Shown piece after piece: positions 1 through 9,467 of a DNA stretch of 64,000 nucleotides. The notes beneath the pieces were generated by a model that was not told where the DNA came from, did no database searches, and saw only the letters and a program-made list of their open reading frames with translations. Source of the stretch: an uncultured delta proteobacterium. Its GTDB lineage: Bacteria; Myxococcota_A; Polyangia; Polyangiales; JAFGIB01. Position 1 is the first letter of the stretch. Every line of letters starts with the position of its first letter. The stretch is from NCBI GenBank assembly GCA_963778655.1, contig CAVZVA010000009.1:608001-672000 (forward strand), given 5' to 3'. Position numbers and translations under genes: made by a program.

Positions 1-335
1 GACGAGGGTCGGCGCTCAACACCGTCGGGTGGATTGCGTTGGGTTGCGGCGGGGGCACCCTCACCGGGGCGTTGGCGTTCGAGCTGCTGCGACGCGCCGC
101 AGAAAAGCGCGCCCAGCGCGAAACCAGACAGATCGAATTCGCGCGGGACGTAGAGAGCATGCGCTCGCGGCAGACCGTCGCGCGCGTGCTGGTCGGGGTC
201 GGTGCGACATTGTCGGTCGCCGGCGGAATACTGCTTCTGTTGGGAGCAAATCAGAGCGAGCGTACACCGGAGACGCGCGTCGCGTTCTCGTGCGCTTCCC
301 GCCATTGCCAAGCGTCTCTCACGGGTGCGTTCTGA
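1..335 (+). CDS. C-terminal part of a membrane-anchored protein (resembles PEGA/TPR protein C-termini), partial
   Basis: Frame ending at 335 encodes two Gly-rich hydrophobic segments and a terminal LTGAF*. It stops 2 nt before the next ATG at 338. Confidence 0.55.
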   Translation, partial: RGSALNTVGWIALGCGGGTLTGALAFELLRRAAEKRAQRETRQIEFARDVESMRSRQTVARVLVGVGATLSVAGGILLLLGANQSERTPETRVAFSCASRHCQASLTGAF

Positions 336-337
336 TC

Positions 338-2404
338 ATGAACGCGGCGCCACCAATAGGGGGAGCGAACCTTCGGCTAGCCCTGCCGGGGCTCGCCCTG
401 CTCTGTGGTCTCCTTGCCGCGTGTAACAGCTCGCTCGACACGAGCGTGCTTGGCAAACATTGCTCTAGTGCGAACGCGTGCTTGCCCGGCTACGCGTGCA
501 ACGCCGCGCACTTTTGCACGCTTGTGACGACGCTTGGCCTTGCTGTCGACGCTGGGATCGGTGACACAGACGCCCTGATGCCACTGGGCCCAGACGCGCA
601 GATAACGGTAGACGCGGCTGAGCCGGCTGCGGGCACCGGCGATGCACGAACGGTGGTCACCCCGCTCGAGCGCGGCGACGCAGGCCGTATCCTTCGGCCC
701 GGTATGGACGCAGCGACGCCCCCCTTGCCCGAGATGGTCGTCTGCGCGGGGATGATGTGCGGTGAGCAGTGTGTGGATCTCAACACCGACGTGAAGAATT
801 GCGGCGGTTGCGCTGCGGCGTGCACGGCGCCTGCCTCGGCAATTCCGGTCTGCGTGGACGCGTCGTGCAACTTCGTGTGTGGAGTGGCCGTCGAACGCTG
901 TGGACCTCAATGCGTAGACCTCGGCAGCGACAGTGCCAATTGTGGCGCATGCGGCCAGCGATGCAGCCCGGCCTCCAACGCAGAGGTCGTATGCGAGCTC
1001 GGAAGGTGCGCGAGCGTTTGCAACGAAGGTTACACTGCATGCAGCGGCGGCTGCGCGAACTTGCGCACAGACTCCGCGAACTGTGGTGTCTGCGGCGTCG
1101 CCTGCGCAGTGGGGCAAGCCTGCGCGAACGGAGCCTGTGCGAGCGCGTGCCCAAGCTCTCTTGCGGCCTGTGGCGGGGCTTGCGTGGACTTGGCGAGTGA
1201 CGCTGCCCACTGTGGGGCCTGTGACCAAGCTTGCGCGGGGCTCGCGCAGGGCACCGGGACATGCGTTGGTGGGTCCTGCCAATCGCGCTGCGATACCGGC
1301 TTCACGCTGTGCGGTGGCCGGTGCGTCGACGGCGCAACCGACGTGCAGAATTGCGGCGGTTGCGGTCGCGCCTGCGACGTGCCTGCGTTTGGCGTTCCGG
1401 TTTGTAGCAAGGGCCGGTGTTCTTTTACATGCCAGACTGGCTTTGCGCGGTGCGGAAGCTCATGCATCGACTCCCACACGGACCCGCATAACTGCGGAGG
1501 CTGCGGCGTTGCGTGCACCAACACCGAGGCGTGCTCTGGTGGTAAGTGTTTGAGCGTCTGCCCGGCCGGGACCAAGGCATGCTCGTCTGCCTGCGTCGAC
1601 CTCAAGGCCAACGTAGCCCATTGCGGAGCTTGCGACACGGCTTGCGCCGTCCCCATCAACGGCGGTGCCATCTGCAGCAAAAGCAAGTGCGTCATCGCGT
1701 GCGATCCTGGATACTCGGCGTGCTCAGGCCAATGTCTGCGACTCGACAACGATCCCACTCGCTGTGGAGCCTGCGGTACCCAATGCCCGGTTCCGGCCCA
1801 CGGTACCGCGGCCTGCGCAAGCGGCGGTTGCGGGATCGTGTGCGACACGGGGTATGCCGTCTGCGGTAACGCGTGCGTGAGCCTTGTCGCCGACGTGGCG
1901 AACTGCGGAGCGTGCGCAACCAAGTGCGGTCCGATGGAAACCTGTTCGCAAGGGAAATGCACGCTCAACTGCGCTGCGGGCTCCACCAATTGCGGCGGCT
2001 CGTGCGTAGACCTGCGCAGCGACGCCACGAACTGCGGTGGCTGCAACAAGTCCTGTGCCGCGCCGGTAGACGGCGTTGCCACTTGCAACGACTCGAAGTG
2101 CGGGTTTGCGTGCCGGAGTGGCCTCGTGGCGTGTGGCAACCAGTGCGTCGATTGGACTGTGGATGCAATGAACTGCGGGAAGTGCGGGACAATATGCCCG
2201 GCCGTCCCGGACGGTGCGACGCTCTGTACGAACGGTCAATGTGCGATTTCATGCAACGCAGGCCTGTCGGAGTGCGCGGGAAAGTGCACGAGCGAGGGCA
2301 CAGACCAGAGCAACTGTGGGCAGTGCGGGCACGCCTGCAAGCCAACGGAAACCTGCGCGGCGTCCGCCTGTGTCCTGATCCCGAGCCTCGACGCTGGCAT
2401 TTAG
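338..2404 (+). CDS. Cys-rich repeat lipoprotein (Stig1/myxobacterial NCGxCGxxC repeats)
   Basis: Lipobox-like LLAAC, then many repeats of CvdlxxDxxNCGxCGxxC. ATG 338 preferred over the ORF-track start at 29. Confidence 0.85.
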   Translation: MNAAPPIGGANLRLALPGLALLCGLLAACNSSLDTSVLGKHCSSANACLPGYACNAAHFCTLVTTLGLAVDAGIGDTDALMPLGPDAQITVDAAEPAAGTGDARTVVTPLERGDAGRILRPGMDAATPPLPEMVVCAGMMCGEQCVDLNTDVKNCGGCAAACTAPASAIPVCVDASCNFVCGVAVERCGPQCVDLGSDSANCGACGQRCSPASNAEVVCELGRCASVCNEGYTACSGGCANLRTDSANCGVCGVACAVGQACANGACASACPSSLAACGGACVDLASDAAHCGACDQACAGLAQGTGTCVGGSCQSRCDTGFTLCGGRCVDGATDVQNCGGCGRACDVPAFGVPVCSKGRCSFTCQTGFARCGSSCIDSHTDPHNCGGCGVACTNTEACSGGKCLSVCPAGTKACSSACVDLKANVAHCGACDTACAVPINGGAICSKSKCVIACDPGYSACSGQCLRLDNDPTRCGACGTQCPVPAHGTAACASGGCGIVCDTGYAVCGNACVSLVADVANCGACATKCGPMETCSQGKCTLNCAAGSTNCGGSCVDLRSDATNCGGCNKSCAAPVDGVATCNDSKCGFACRSGLVACGNQCVDWTVDAMNCGKCGTICPAVPDGATLCTNGQCAISCNAGLSECAGKCTSEGTDQSNCGQCGHACKPTETCAASACVLIPSLDAGI

Positions 2405-2536
2405 CTCGCCGTCGAGAAGGCGAGTGCATCGTCCTCGAGGGTCACACTTGTTCTGCACTGCATGCGTGCCACACCGGTTTGAGTGCGCGTTCCGTTAGGG
2501 GCAAGCGCTGGGCCCGGGGAGCTCGCTGCCGACGAG

Positions 2537-4294
2537 TCAGGCGTCGTGCTCGTCCAAGAGGGCTTGCTCGAACAGTTGTTTCGTTTTACGCCGCTGCACT
2601 TTTCCGCTGGAGGTCCTTGGCAAGGTCCCGACTCGTACGACCGCGACGTACCCGACCGCGAGACCGAACGTCGTCGTAATTCTGTCGGCGATCGCTTTAC
2701 GCAGCTGAGCCGCGGTCGTGGAGCTGCCCTCGGCAGCGATGACGAGGGTTTCCTGGCCTTCGCTGAGGACACTGAAAGCGACGACGTTCTCGCGCCGGAG
2801 GCCAGGGAGCTCGAGCACTGACCGTTCGATGTCCTGCGGGTAGAGGTTCGCCCCACGGATGATGATGACGTCCTTGATGCGGCCGCAAACGTAGAGGTTG
2901 CCGTCCACGAGATAGCCGAGATCGCCAGTGTGCAGCCATCCGTCCCGAAAGCTCTCCAAAGAGGCGGTGGGGTTCTCATAGTATCCGGCAGCCACGCTGG
3001 GACCTCGCGTGCGGATCTCGCCAACGACGCGCTCGGGCAGCACGTCACCGTGGTCGTCCACGATCTCAAGTGAATGACCGGGAAACACCGAGCCGCAGCT
3101 CACCAACTCCAGACTGTCCTCGCCCGGCGCGGCCAGCAGCGCCGCGCCCCGCATCATCGACGCCGCGCTGACATGCTCGGTCACGATTGGTGTGCCGTGC
3201 GCGTGAAAAGTGATTGCGAGCGTTGCTTCCGCCATTCCATATGAGGGCATGAGGGCGCTCGGATCGAAGCCTGCTCGACTGAAGCGATTCGCAAATGCGC
3301 GCAGTACTTTCGGATCGATCGGCTCAGCGCCGCATCCTGCGATGCGGACTCTGCTGAGGTCGAGTCCCTCGAGGTCTTTGTCGCGCGAGCGCTTGACGGC
3401 GAGGGCGTAGGCAAAGTTGGGTGCGAAGGTAATGGTGCCGCGGTAGTCGTGAATCGTCTGGAGCCAGATTGTGGGACGGCGCGCGAACGCTTCGGTAGGC
3501 AGAAGGACGGTGGGGATGTCGTGGATAAGAGTGCCGAGCACGAAGCCGACCAGGCCCATGTCGTGAAATAGAGGGAGCCAGGTGACCGTGACGTCGTCTT
3601 CACGGCGCCCGGCGCCATGCGGGCCCAGGAACGCGTTGGCGTTGGCGATGAGGTTCTGATGGCTAACCATCACACCCTTGGGCATCGACGTGCTACCCGA
3701 AGTGAATTGCAGAAAGCAGAGATCTTGCGGTTCGATGCAGCACCAGTTAGCAGGCGTCGGCGGCGCTTCTTCAGCGCGGAACACACGCTCCACAACCAGG
3801 GTCAGAGCGAGCCCGGACTCTCCCGTGAGCAGGGGGGCAACTGCAGCTTCTGTGGCTTCGATTGTCACCAACGTGCGTGCGCGAGCGGCCCGGACGATGT
3901 GAGCGACGGTCTCGAGGTATGAGGCCTTGGCCTTGAAGCCTGAGGGCGGATACACCGGAATGGGTACAATTCCCGCCATCACCGCCCCGAGAAACGTGAG
4001 CACGAACTCGTGCGGCTCGGGGATCACGAGCGCAAGACGGTCGCCTTTGCACAGTCCGCGTGCCATCAGCAATGCGCCTCGGCGGCGCGCCTCGCCCACG
4101 AGCTCGCGCCATTGGTAGAAGCGTTCGGTGCCGTCAAGCCCACGGAAGCGAAAGCCACGTTCCGGAGTGGCAGGCAACGCCTCGAGCGCTTCGACCAGCG
4201 TGCGCGGCGGCTTTCTCTTCTCCGGAACCACACTTTGTGCTGCCGTGTGGCCGCGCCGCTGAGCGTCGTTGACTTCCGCATGATGGAATTGCAT
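2537..4294 (-). CDS. Fatty acyl-AMP ligase (FAAL)
   Basis: FLQFTSGSTSMPKGV, WLPLFHDMGL, SYGMAEATL, WLHTGDLG, GRIKDVIIIRGANLYPQDIE, LPRTSSGKVQR. Confidence 0.92.
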   Translation of the reverse strand: MQFHHAEVNDAQRRGHTAAQSVVPEKRKPPRTLVEALEALPATPERGFRFRGLDGTERFYQWRELVGEARRRGALLMARGLCKGDRLALVIPEPHEFVLTFLGAVMAGIVPIPVYPPSGFKAKASYLETVAHIVRAARARTLVTIEATEAAVAPLLTGESGLALTLVVERVFRAEEAPPTPANWCCIEPQDLCFLQFTSGSTSMPKGVMVSHQNLIANANAFLGPHGAGRREDDVTVTWLPLFHDMGLVGFVLGTLIHDIPTVLLPTEAFARRPTIWLQTIHDYRGTITFAPNFAYALAVKRSRDKDLEGLDLSRVRIAGCGAEPIDPKVLRAFANRFSRAGFDPSALMPSYGMAEATLAITFHAHGTPIVTEHVSAASMMRGAALLAAPGEDSLELVSCGSVFPGHSLEIVDDHGDVLPERVVGEIRTRGPSVAAGYYENPTASLESFRDGWLHTGDLGYLVDGNLYVCGRIKDVIIIRGANLYPQDIERSVLELPGLRRENVVAFSVLSEGQETLVIAAEGSSTTAAQLRKAIADRITTTFGLAVGYVAVVRVGTLPRTSSGKVQRRKTKQLFEQALLDEHDA

Positions 4295-4443
4295 ACGAAC
4301 CTCTGTGTAGTGAGGGACCCGTTAGGACGGCGAGGTGCGGCACGCCATCGGGAATTCAAGCCCCTTCAGGCCTCGACGACGCGCTGGAAGGGAACCGGCG
4401 CCGGCTAGCGACCTCTCGTTTGGAGGGGCGCGGGAGGGGGCAA

Positions 4444-4499
4444 GAAGCGAAATCGCGTTGGAAGCGAAATCGCGTTGGCAGCGAAACGCCGCCAACGCG
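4444..4499. repeat. 17-bp tandem repeat merging into a hairpin (possible terminator of the ompA-like gene)
   Basis: GAAGCGAAATCGCGTTG x2 (4444-4477). CGCGTTGGC...GCCAACGCG stem just past the stop at 4520. Confidence 0.55.
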
Positions 4500-4519
4500 A
4501 CCTCTTGCGGTGTTCGTGC

Positions 4520-5419
4520 TTAGCCCGCGTCACCACTCTTAGGCTCGACCACGATCTCGACGCGTCGATTGTTGGCGCGGCCTTCGGCGGAGTTGTTGTC
4601 GGCGATAGGGCGTGAGGCGCCAAAGCCTCGTGAGGTTATCCTGTCGGCTGCAATGCCGTGCGCCACGAGGTAGTCGCGCACGGTCCGGGCGCGGCGCTCT
4701 GACAAGTCCTGGTTGTAGCTCACGCCACCCTGAGAATCGGTGTGTCCCTCCACGACCATCTTCGACTCCGGGTCTTGTTGCGTGAGCGCTTTGGCCACGC
4801 TGTTCAACTTGACCAGAGCCCCCGGTAGCAACTCCGACTTGGCGGACGCGAAGAGGACGCCCCCCGAAAGCGTAATCACCATTCCGCGCGTCTCTTGCTT
4901 CACCGATGCGAATTTGGCGAGGTCGGCGGCCGCCTGAGCGGCGCGCTTTTCGGCCGCGGCACGCGCCTCACGTTCGGTCGCCAGTTGCTGGTCCTGGTTC
5001 TGCATGGCTTGGCCCTGCAACGCCAGGCGCTGATTCGCCTCGCCGAGCTGCGCCGACGTGGCCTTGAGCTGCGCGGTCTCGTCCGAGTGCATTTTCGCGA
5101 CGGTTTGCTGTTGATTATCTGTCCACTGCGCAGCATTGCCACGAGCTTCGGCGATCTGTGCGCGCCGATCCGCGGTGTAGGCCAGATCCCTCGTCTTGGG
5201 TGTGTCCCCGTCTTTCGCGTAGGATTGCTCCGAGGCATCGAGGGCCTTCTTCGCGGTATGCAGATCTGCTGGGTCGAGCTTCGAGGCAGTGCCGTTTTGG
5301 GCACGGGCGTATGACGCGCGTGCGCTTAGCAGCTCAGGCGGTGGTGCTGCGGTTGCGCAGCCGGCGCTCGCAAGCGCGAGCACCAGCCAAGTCTTGATTT
5401 GGGTGGAAGTCTTCATCAC
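4520..5419 (-). CDS. DUF4398 + OmpA C-terminal domain lipoprotein
   Basis: Lipobox SAGC, coiled coil, VEGHTDSQG...NQDLSERRA...NRRVEIV. Confidence 0.92.
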   Translation of the reverse strand: MMKTSTQIKTWLVLALASAGCATAAPPPELLSARASYARAQNGTASKLDPADLHTAKKALDASEQSYAKDGDTPKTRDLAYTADRRAQIAEARGNAAQWTDNQQQTVAKMHSDETAQLKATSAQLGEANQRLALQGQAMQNQDQQLATEREARAAAEKRAAQAAADLAKFASVKQETRGMVITLSGGVLFASAKSELLPGALVKLNSVAKALTQQDPESKMVVEGHTDSQGGVSYNQDLSERRARTVRDYLVAHGIAADRITSRGFGASRPIADNNSAEGRANNRRVEIVVEPKSGDAG

Positions 5420-5787
5420 GGCGTTCCTTGTTCGGCGATGGTTGAGTGTTGAGCGTTGGACCGATCCACGGCCTTGCCGGCTTGCACCTTTGCGTCGTCC
5501 TCGCGAGTCAGCGCAACGGCCAGCTCTGCGTCCGCTTTGGCGCGCATGAGCAAGCTTTCGGCCCTTTCGTTGTCTTCGGCTTCCATGGCGGATTTCGCCT
5601 GCTTCATCTGTTCCTCGGCAAGTTTGAGGTGAAGCTGCGCCCTTGGGTTGTTCTGCGCTCCCAGCTCGTTCGCGCTGCGATCGGCTGATTCAACGTCCGC
5701 CATTTGCTGCGTGGGTGGCGGATAGTTGCCTGCGCACCCAAACGCAAACAGCAACGTTGCTGAGGTAATAATTGTGAATGTGTTCAT
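5416..5787 (-). CDS. DUF4398 lipoprotein
   Basis: Lipobox AFGC and RAKADAELAVAL. 4-bp overlap with the OmpA gene, the usual pairing. Confidence 0.85.
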   Translation of the reverse strand: MNTFTIITSATLLFAFGCAGNYPPPTQQMADVESADRSANELGAQNNPRAQLHLKLAEEQMKQAKSAMEAEDNERAESLLMRAKADAELAVALTREDDAKVQAGKAVDRSNAQHSTIAEQGTP

Positions 5788-5900
5788 GAAATGTTTGTCC
5801 GCCTTTCGTGCCTGAGCTTTCCTTGCTCCCCGTTTGGACGACGCGCTCCGTTTGGAGCACGAGGCCTAGTCGTCGGAGTGGGTAAAGCGACACAGGTCCG

Positions 5901-5916
5901 TGCATGAAGCATGCCG
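5901..5916 (-). promoter_or_regulatory. sigma-54 promoter (DUF4398-ompA operon)
   Basis: Minus strand CGGCATG-CTTC-ATGCA, with GG-N10-GC spacing. Confidence 0.6.
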
Positions 5917-6124
5917 TGCTCGAATGCGCCCGCCTCTTGCGTGATGGCGGACCAAATGGGCCTTTGGCGTGCTGCCTCGGGCGGGCAAATGGGACACTTT
6001 TGCTGGCAGCACGCTCGCCCGCGCGTTCTGGGGCGGTCTACGAGTTGGGCGCCGCAGTCCTTCCAGTTGGCGTGGACTCGAACCGCTCCCCACTTGGGCC
6101 CGGGCGGATGCTGGGGCCGGGCGG

Positions 6125-6140
6125 TGGCATGAAGCTTGCG
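6125..6140 (+). promoter_or_regulatory. sigma-54 promoter
   Basis: TGGCATG-AAGC-TTGCG, near-consensus -24/-12, about 40 nt before ATG 6179. Confidence 0.75.
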
Positions 6141-6178
6141 TCGCCAGCCATCGCGTGATGACGCGTCAGGAGGCACCC

Positions 6179-6364
6179 ATGAGCACGGGTACGCTCGCTT
6201 ACAAGACCACGGTTCGCGAATGTCCGCGTTGCGCCAGCCAGTCGGTCGCTCGTTCGCGTATTCGAGCGCGGGTGGGGCGGATCGTGTTGAGTCTGTTTGG
6301 ATTGGGCCTCTATCGCTGCACCGACTGCTGGCACCGCTTCGTTTCAGTTCCGCGGACGCGCTAG
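6179..6364 (+). CDS. Small zinc-ribbon protein (61 aa)
   Basis: AGGAGG RBS. Sequence MSTGTLAYKTTVRECPRC...YRCTDCWHRF with two CxxC motifs. Confidence 0.75.
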   Translation: MSTGTLAYKTTVRECPRCASQSVARSRIRARVGRIVLSLFGLGLYRCTDCWHRFVSVPRTR

Positions 6365-6701
6365 CTGCTAACGGGCAGCGGCAGCAGGGGCTTGCCCCTT
6401 TCGCCGATTTGGGGCTCGGGCAGGAGGCGTCCGGTGCTCTGCAGCGCTTTGTGCAGGGCCTCGCCTTCAACGTGCGACGTAGAAATTGCCAGCAGTGCGG
6501 TTTCGTATCGGAATCTTGTCTCGCAATCGAGGCCCGCCACTGAACCTGCCGCCGTGGCGTCGCCGGGGGCCAATGTTGACGGTGGACTACACGGGCGTAA
6601 TTCATCCAGAGCTGAAGCACGCAAGGGCCTGTGCCATTAGGGCTCGCCAGACGGGCGGGCACATGGTCGTCGTTTTCCCATGCTGCTAACTTGACCCCGC
6701 C

Positions 6702-8111
6702 GTGGACGATCATCCCAACGCTTTGCAGCCGTCCGTGCTTCTCGTCGAGGACGAGGCGGACGAAAGCGCGGCGCTCGAGCTATGGCTGCGGCGAGCCGGC
6801 TGTGGGGTCGTCTCGGTCAGATCGGCGGCGCTCGCGCTGGAAAGGCTCGGCGCTGGGAGCTTCGACCTGGTTCTGACCGACCTTGTTATGAACGAAATGG
6901 ACGGGTTGGCCCTGTGCGAGCGCATCGTGGGCGTGCGGCCGGACATTCCTGTTGTCGTCATCACCGGACACGCGAGCATGGAGGCGGCCGTCGCTGCCCT
7001 GCGTGCCGGCGCCTACGACTTCATCACCAAGCCTGTCAACCCCGAGCTGCTTGCCCACAGCGTGTCCCGAGCGCTGCAACAGGGTCGGCTTCGAAACGAG
7101 CTCAAGAGGCTCCGCGAGGCGCCAGACGAGAGCGACAATCCCGACCTGGTCGGCGAGAGCGCGGCTATGCGCTCTGTTCACGAGTTGATCGCACGCGTGG
7201 CGGACAGCAACGCTTCTGTGCTCATTCAGGGAGAAACGGGCACCGGCAAGGAGCTGGTCGCGCGCGCGATCCACGCGCACAGCCGGCGTAGCAAGGGGCC
7301 TTTCGTCGCACTGAACTGCGCCGCCGTTCCCTATGCGCTCCTCGAGAGCGAGCTGTTTGGACATGCTCGAGGGGCGTTCACCGACGCCAAGAACGTGCGC
7401 GCCGGACTGCTGCGTCAGGCTCAAGGTGGCACGCTGTTTCTCGACGAGATAGGCGATCTTCCGCAGGAGACGCAACCCAAGCTACTGCGCGCGCTGCAAC
7501 AGCGAACGGTTCGCCCCGTGGGGGCCGACGTCGAAGTTGCGTTCGACGCCCGGATCATCACCGCCACAAACAAGGACTTGGAGTACGAGGTGTCCGAAAA
7601 CCGATTCCGCGACGATCTCTTTTACAGGATCAACGTCGTCAGAATCGATATTCCGCCGTTGCGCGACCGCGGCGGGGACGTACTCAGGCTCGCGCAACAT
7701 TTCCTTGCCAAGTGGGCCCAGGTCGACGGCAAGGACGCGCTCGAGCTATCGGCCTCCGCTGCCCAGAAGCTGATGGCTTACGACTGGCCCGGAAACGTTC
7801 GGGAGCTGGAGAACTGCATGGAGAGAGCGGTCGCGCTCGCGCGCTTCGATCAGCTGACGGTCGAAGATCTCCCAGAGAAGATTCGTAGATATTCCGTCGA
7901 TCATTTCGCCATCGCTGCGAACGACGCCACGGAGATCGTGTCGATCGAGGAAATCGAACGACGCTATATCTTGCGCGTGGTCGGGTTGCTCGGCGGCAAC
8001 AGGTCGCGGGCGGCCGAAGCGCTGGGCATCGATCGGCGCACACTCTATCGGCGTATGGAAAAATACGAGGGGTTAGCAGGTAAGAAGGCTCTAGAGCACC
8101 GAGCAGATTGA
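6702..8111 (+). CDS. NtrC-family sigma-54 response regulator (REC-AAA+-Fis HTH)
   Basis: Receiver domain, GETGTGKE, ESELFGH, GAFTDA, LFLDEI, WPGNVRELEN, C-terminal HTH. Confidence 0.95.
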   Translation: MDDHPNALQPSVLLVEDEADESAALELWLRRAGCGVVSVRSAALALERLGAGSFDLVLTDLVMNEMDGLALCERIVGVRPDIPVVVITGHASMEAAVAALRAGAYDFITKPVNPELLAHSVSRALQQGRLRNELKRLREAPDESDNPDLVGESAAMRSVHELIARVADSNASVLIQGETGTGKELVARAIHAHSRRSKGPFVALNCAAVPYALLESELFGHARGAFTDAKNVRAGLLRQAQGGTLFLDEIGDLPQETQPKLLRALQQRTVRPVGADVEVAFDARIITATNKDLEYEVSENRFRDDLFYRINVVRIDIPPLRDRGGDVLRLAQHFLAKWAQVDGKDALELSASAAQKLMAYDWPGNVRELENCMERAVALARFDQLTVEDLPEKIRRYSVDHFAIAANDATEIVSIEEIERRYILRVVGLLGGNRSRAAEALGIDRRTLYRRMEKYEGLAGKKALEHRAD

Positions 8112-8163
8112 GCGCCCATGATTTCCTTCGTCTTTCCCCAGATGGCTCCGCTCCGGCTCGGCC

Positions 8164-8517
8164 TCAGTCGGGGCGGAGCCGATTTCGGTGCTGAACCGCT
8201 CGGGGGGAGCCGGGGCCGGCCTGGAGTCGCTGCGGTCCGCTTCGCCTCGGGCGGAAGATCGTGACATGGCTTGCCATGAAAGCGTTGTGCATCGCGACAA
8301 GCACGACGGATGTCGCCATTGCGACGCACATGCTCCAGAAATTGAACGGCGTGACAACCACTCCGCCCAGCAGGCGGTAAGCCACGGCTCCGGCCACGGC
8401 AGCAAGGGAAATCGCGGACACGACATCGAAGACGATACCCAAGCGTGTTCCGCTGACGGCTTGAGCTGCGACCAAACCGGAAATCATACCCAACAGAATC
8501 CATGCGGCGGCGGACAT
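8164..8517 (-). CDS. GlsB/YeaQ/YmgE-like small membrane protein
   Basis: WILLGMISGLVA...GIVFDVV...FNFWSMCVA, three hydrophobic segments. Confidence 0.7.
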   Translation of the reverse strand: MSAAAWILLGMISGLVAAQAVSGTRLGIVFDVVSAISLAAVAGAVAYRLLGGVVVTPFNFWSMCVAMATSVVLVAMHNAFMASHVTIFRPRRSGPQRLQAGPGSPRAVQHRNRLRPD

Positions 8518-8576
8518 TGGTCACTCCGTCAATTCGAGCACGACAGATAACAATTCCGGTGCCTGTCCATGATAGA

Positions 8577-8592
8577 TGCAAGCTTCGATCCA
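8577..8592 (-). promoter_or_regulatory. sigma-54 promoter
   Basis: Minus strand TGGATCG-AAGC-TTGCA, 60 nt upstream of 8517. Confidence 0.6.
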
Positions 8593-8831
8593 CCACGGGT
8601 GCTCCGGTGGCTCCGTGGGAGACTCGCGCTGCTGATGGGCAAGCGGCCAGCAGGTCGCTCAGGTGACGTCGATCGGGCGCGAGAGCTGGGGCGGAAATGC
8701 AGCCAGACGCAACCGACTGGGGCATTTTCGCGGCGGAGTCGACCTTCGTACCCAGTGGGTTCACCCGTTGGAATTGCTCGCGATTTCACCGGTGGCCCGC
8801 GGCCACTGTGGACGGCGGTGTCCCGCAGCGA

Positions 8832-8847
8832 TGGCATGCGCGATGCA
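8832..8847 (+). promoter_or_regulatory. sigma-54 promoter
   Basis: TGGCATG-CGCG-ATGCA upstream of the receiver gene. Confidence 0.6.
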
Positions 8848-8934
8848 TCGAGGCCTGACGGGAAACGGCGGCGGGAGCAGCCGCTGTGAGCGGCGATGCG
8901 CGCCGCCCCAACCAAGCAACGGAGCGTCCACCCC

Positions 8935-9381
8935 ATGAGCAGCGAAGCCCCCAGCCTGGATGACGATGGAAGTATCTCGCGCAACGGGGGCGGCAACGTC
9001 GTGTTGGCTGAGGACGACGGCGACCTTCGCGAAGCACTGGCGCTCGCGATGCGCCGGGAAGGCCACGAGGTTGTCGAGCTGGCGAATGGATGGGAGCTGC
9101 TGCAGCATTTGGCCATGCACATGCTCGCCGACGGATCACTCCCACCGATAGACGTTGTGATTTCAGATGTCCGCATGCCGGGCAAGAGCGGTCTGGATGT
9201 CCTGGCCGGCGTACAGTGGGCGCGGCAGCCCGTGCCTTTCATTTTGATCACCGCGTTTGCCGATTCCCAAACTCGAGCCGAAGCGTGGCGTCTCGGGGCG
9301 GTCGCGTTCCTCAGCAAGCCCTTCAGCTTAGACGACATCCGCACGCTGGTGCGCGACGCGGTTTCCCGCCAGGTGCCGTGA
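8935..9381 (+). CDS. Single-domain response regulator
   Basis: VVLAEDD, VVISDVRMPG, LITAF, FLSKPF. Confidence 0.9.
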   Translation: MSSEAPSLDDDGSISRNGGGNVVLAEDDGDLREALALAMRREGHEVVELANGWELLQHLAMHMLADGSLPPIDVVISDVRMPGKSGLDVLAGVQWARQPVPFILITAFADSQTRAEAWRLGAVAFLSKPFSLDDIRTLVRDAVSRQVP

Positions 9382-9467
9382 CCTTGAAGGTCAAGTCTGG
9401 GCTTCCTTCGTAGTACCAGAGAAGGCGCCGAACCACGACGCCGCCAGGGCAGCAGCCGCGACTCGGC

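Noticed and set aside
6621..6636. sigma-54 promoter TGGCACAGGCCCTTGC (minus strand)
   Set aside because: GG-N11-GC spacing is one base too long.
7372..7389. GAFTDA instead of GAFTGA as an anomaly
   Set aside because: To my knowledge a common variant in deltaproteobacterial/myxobacterial EBPs.
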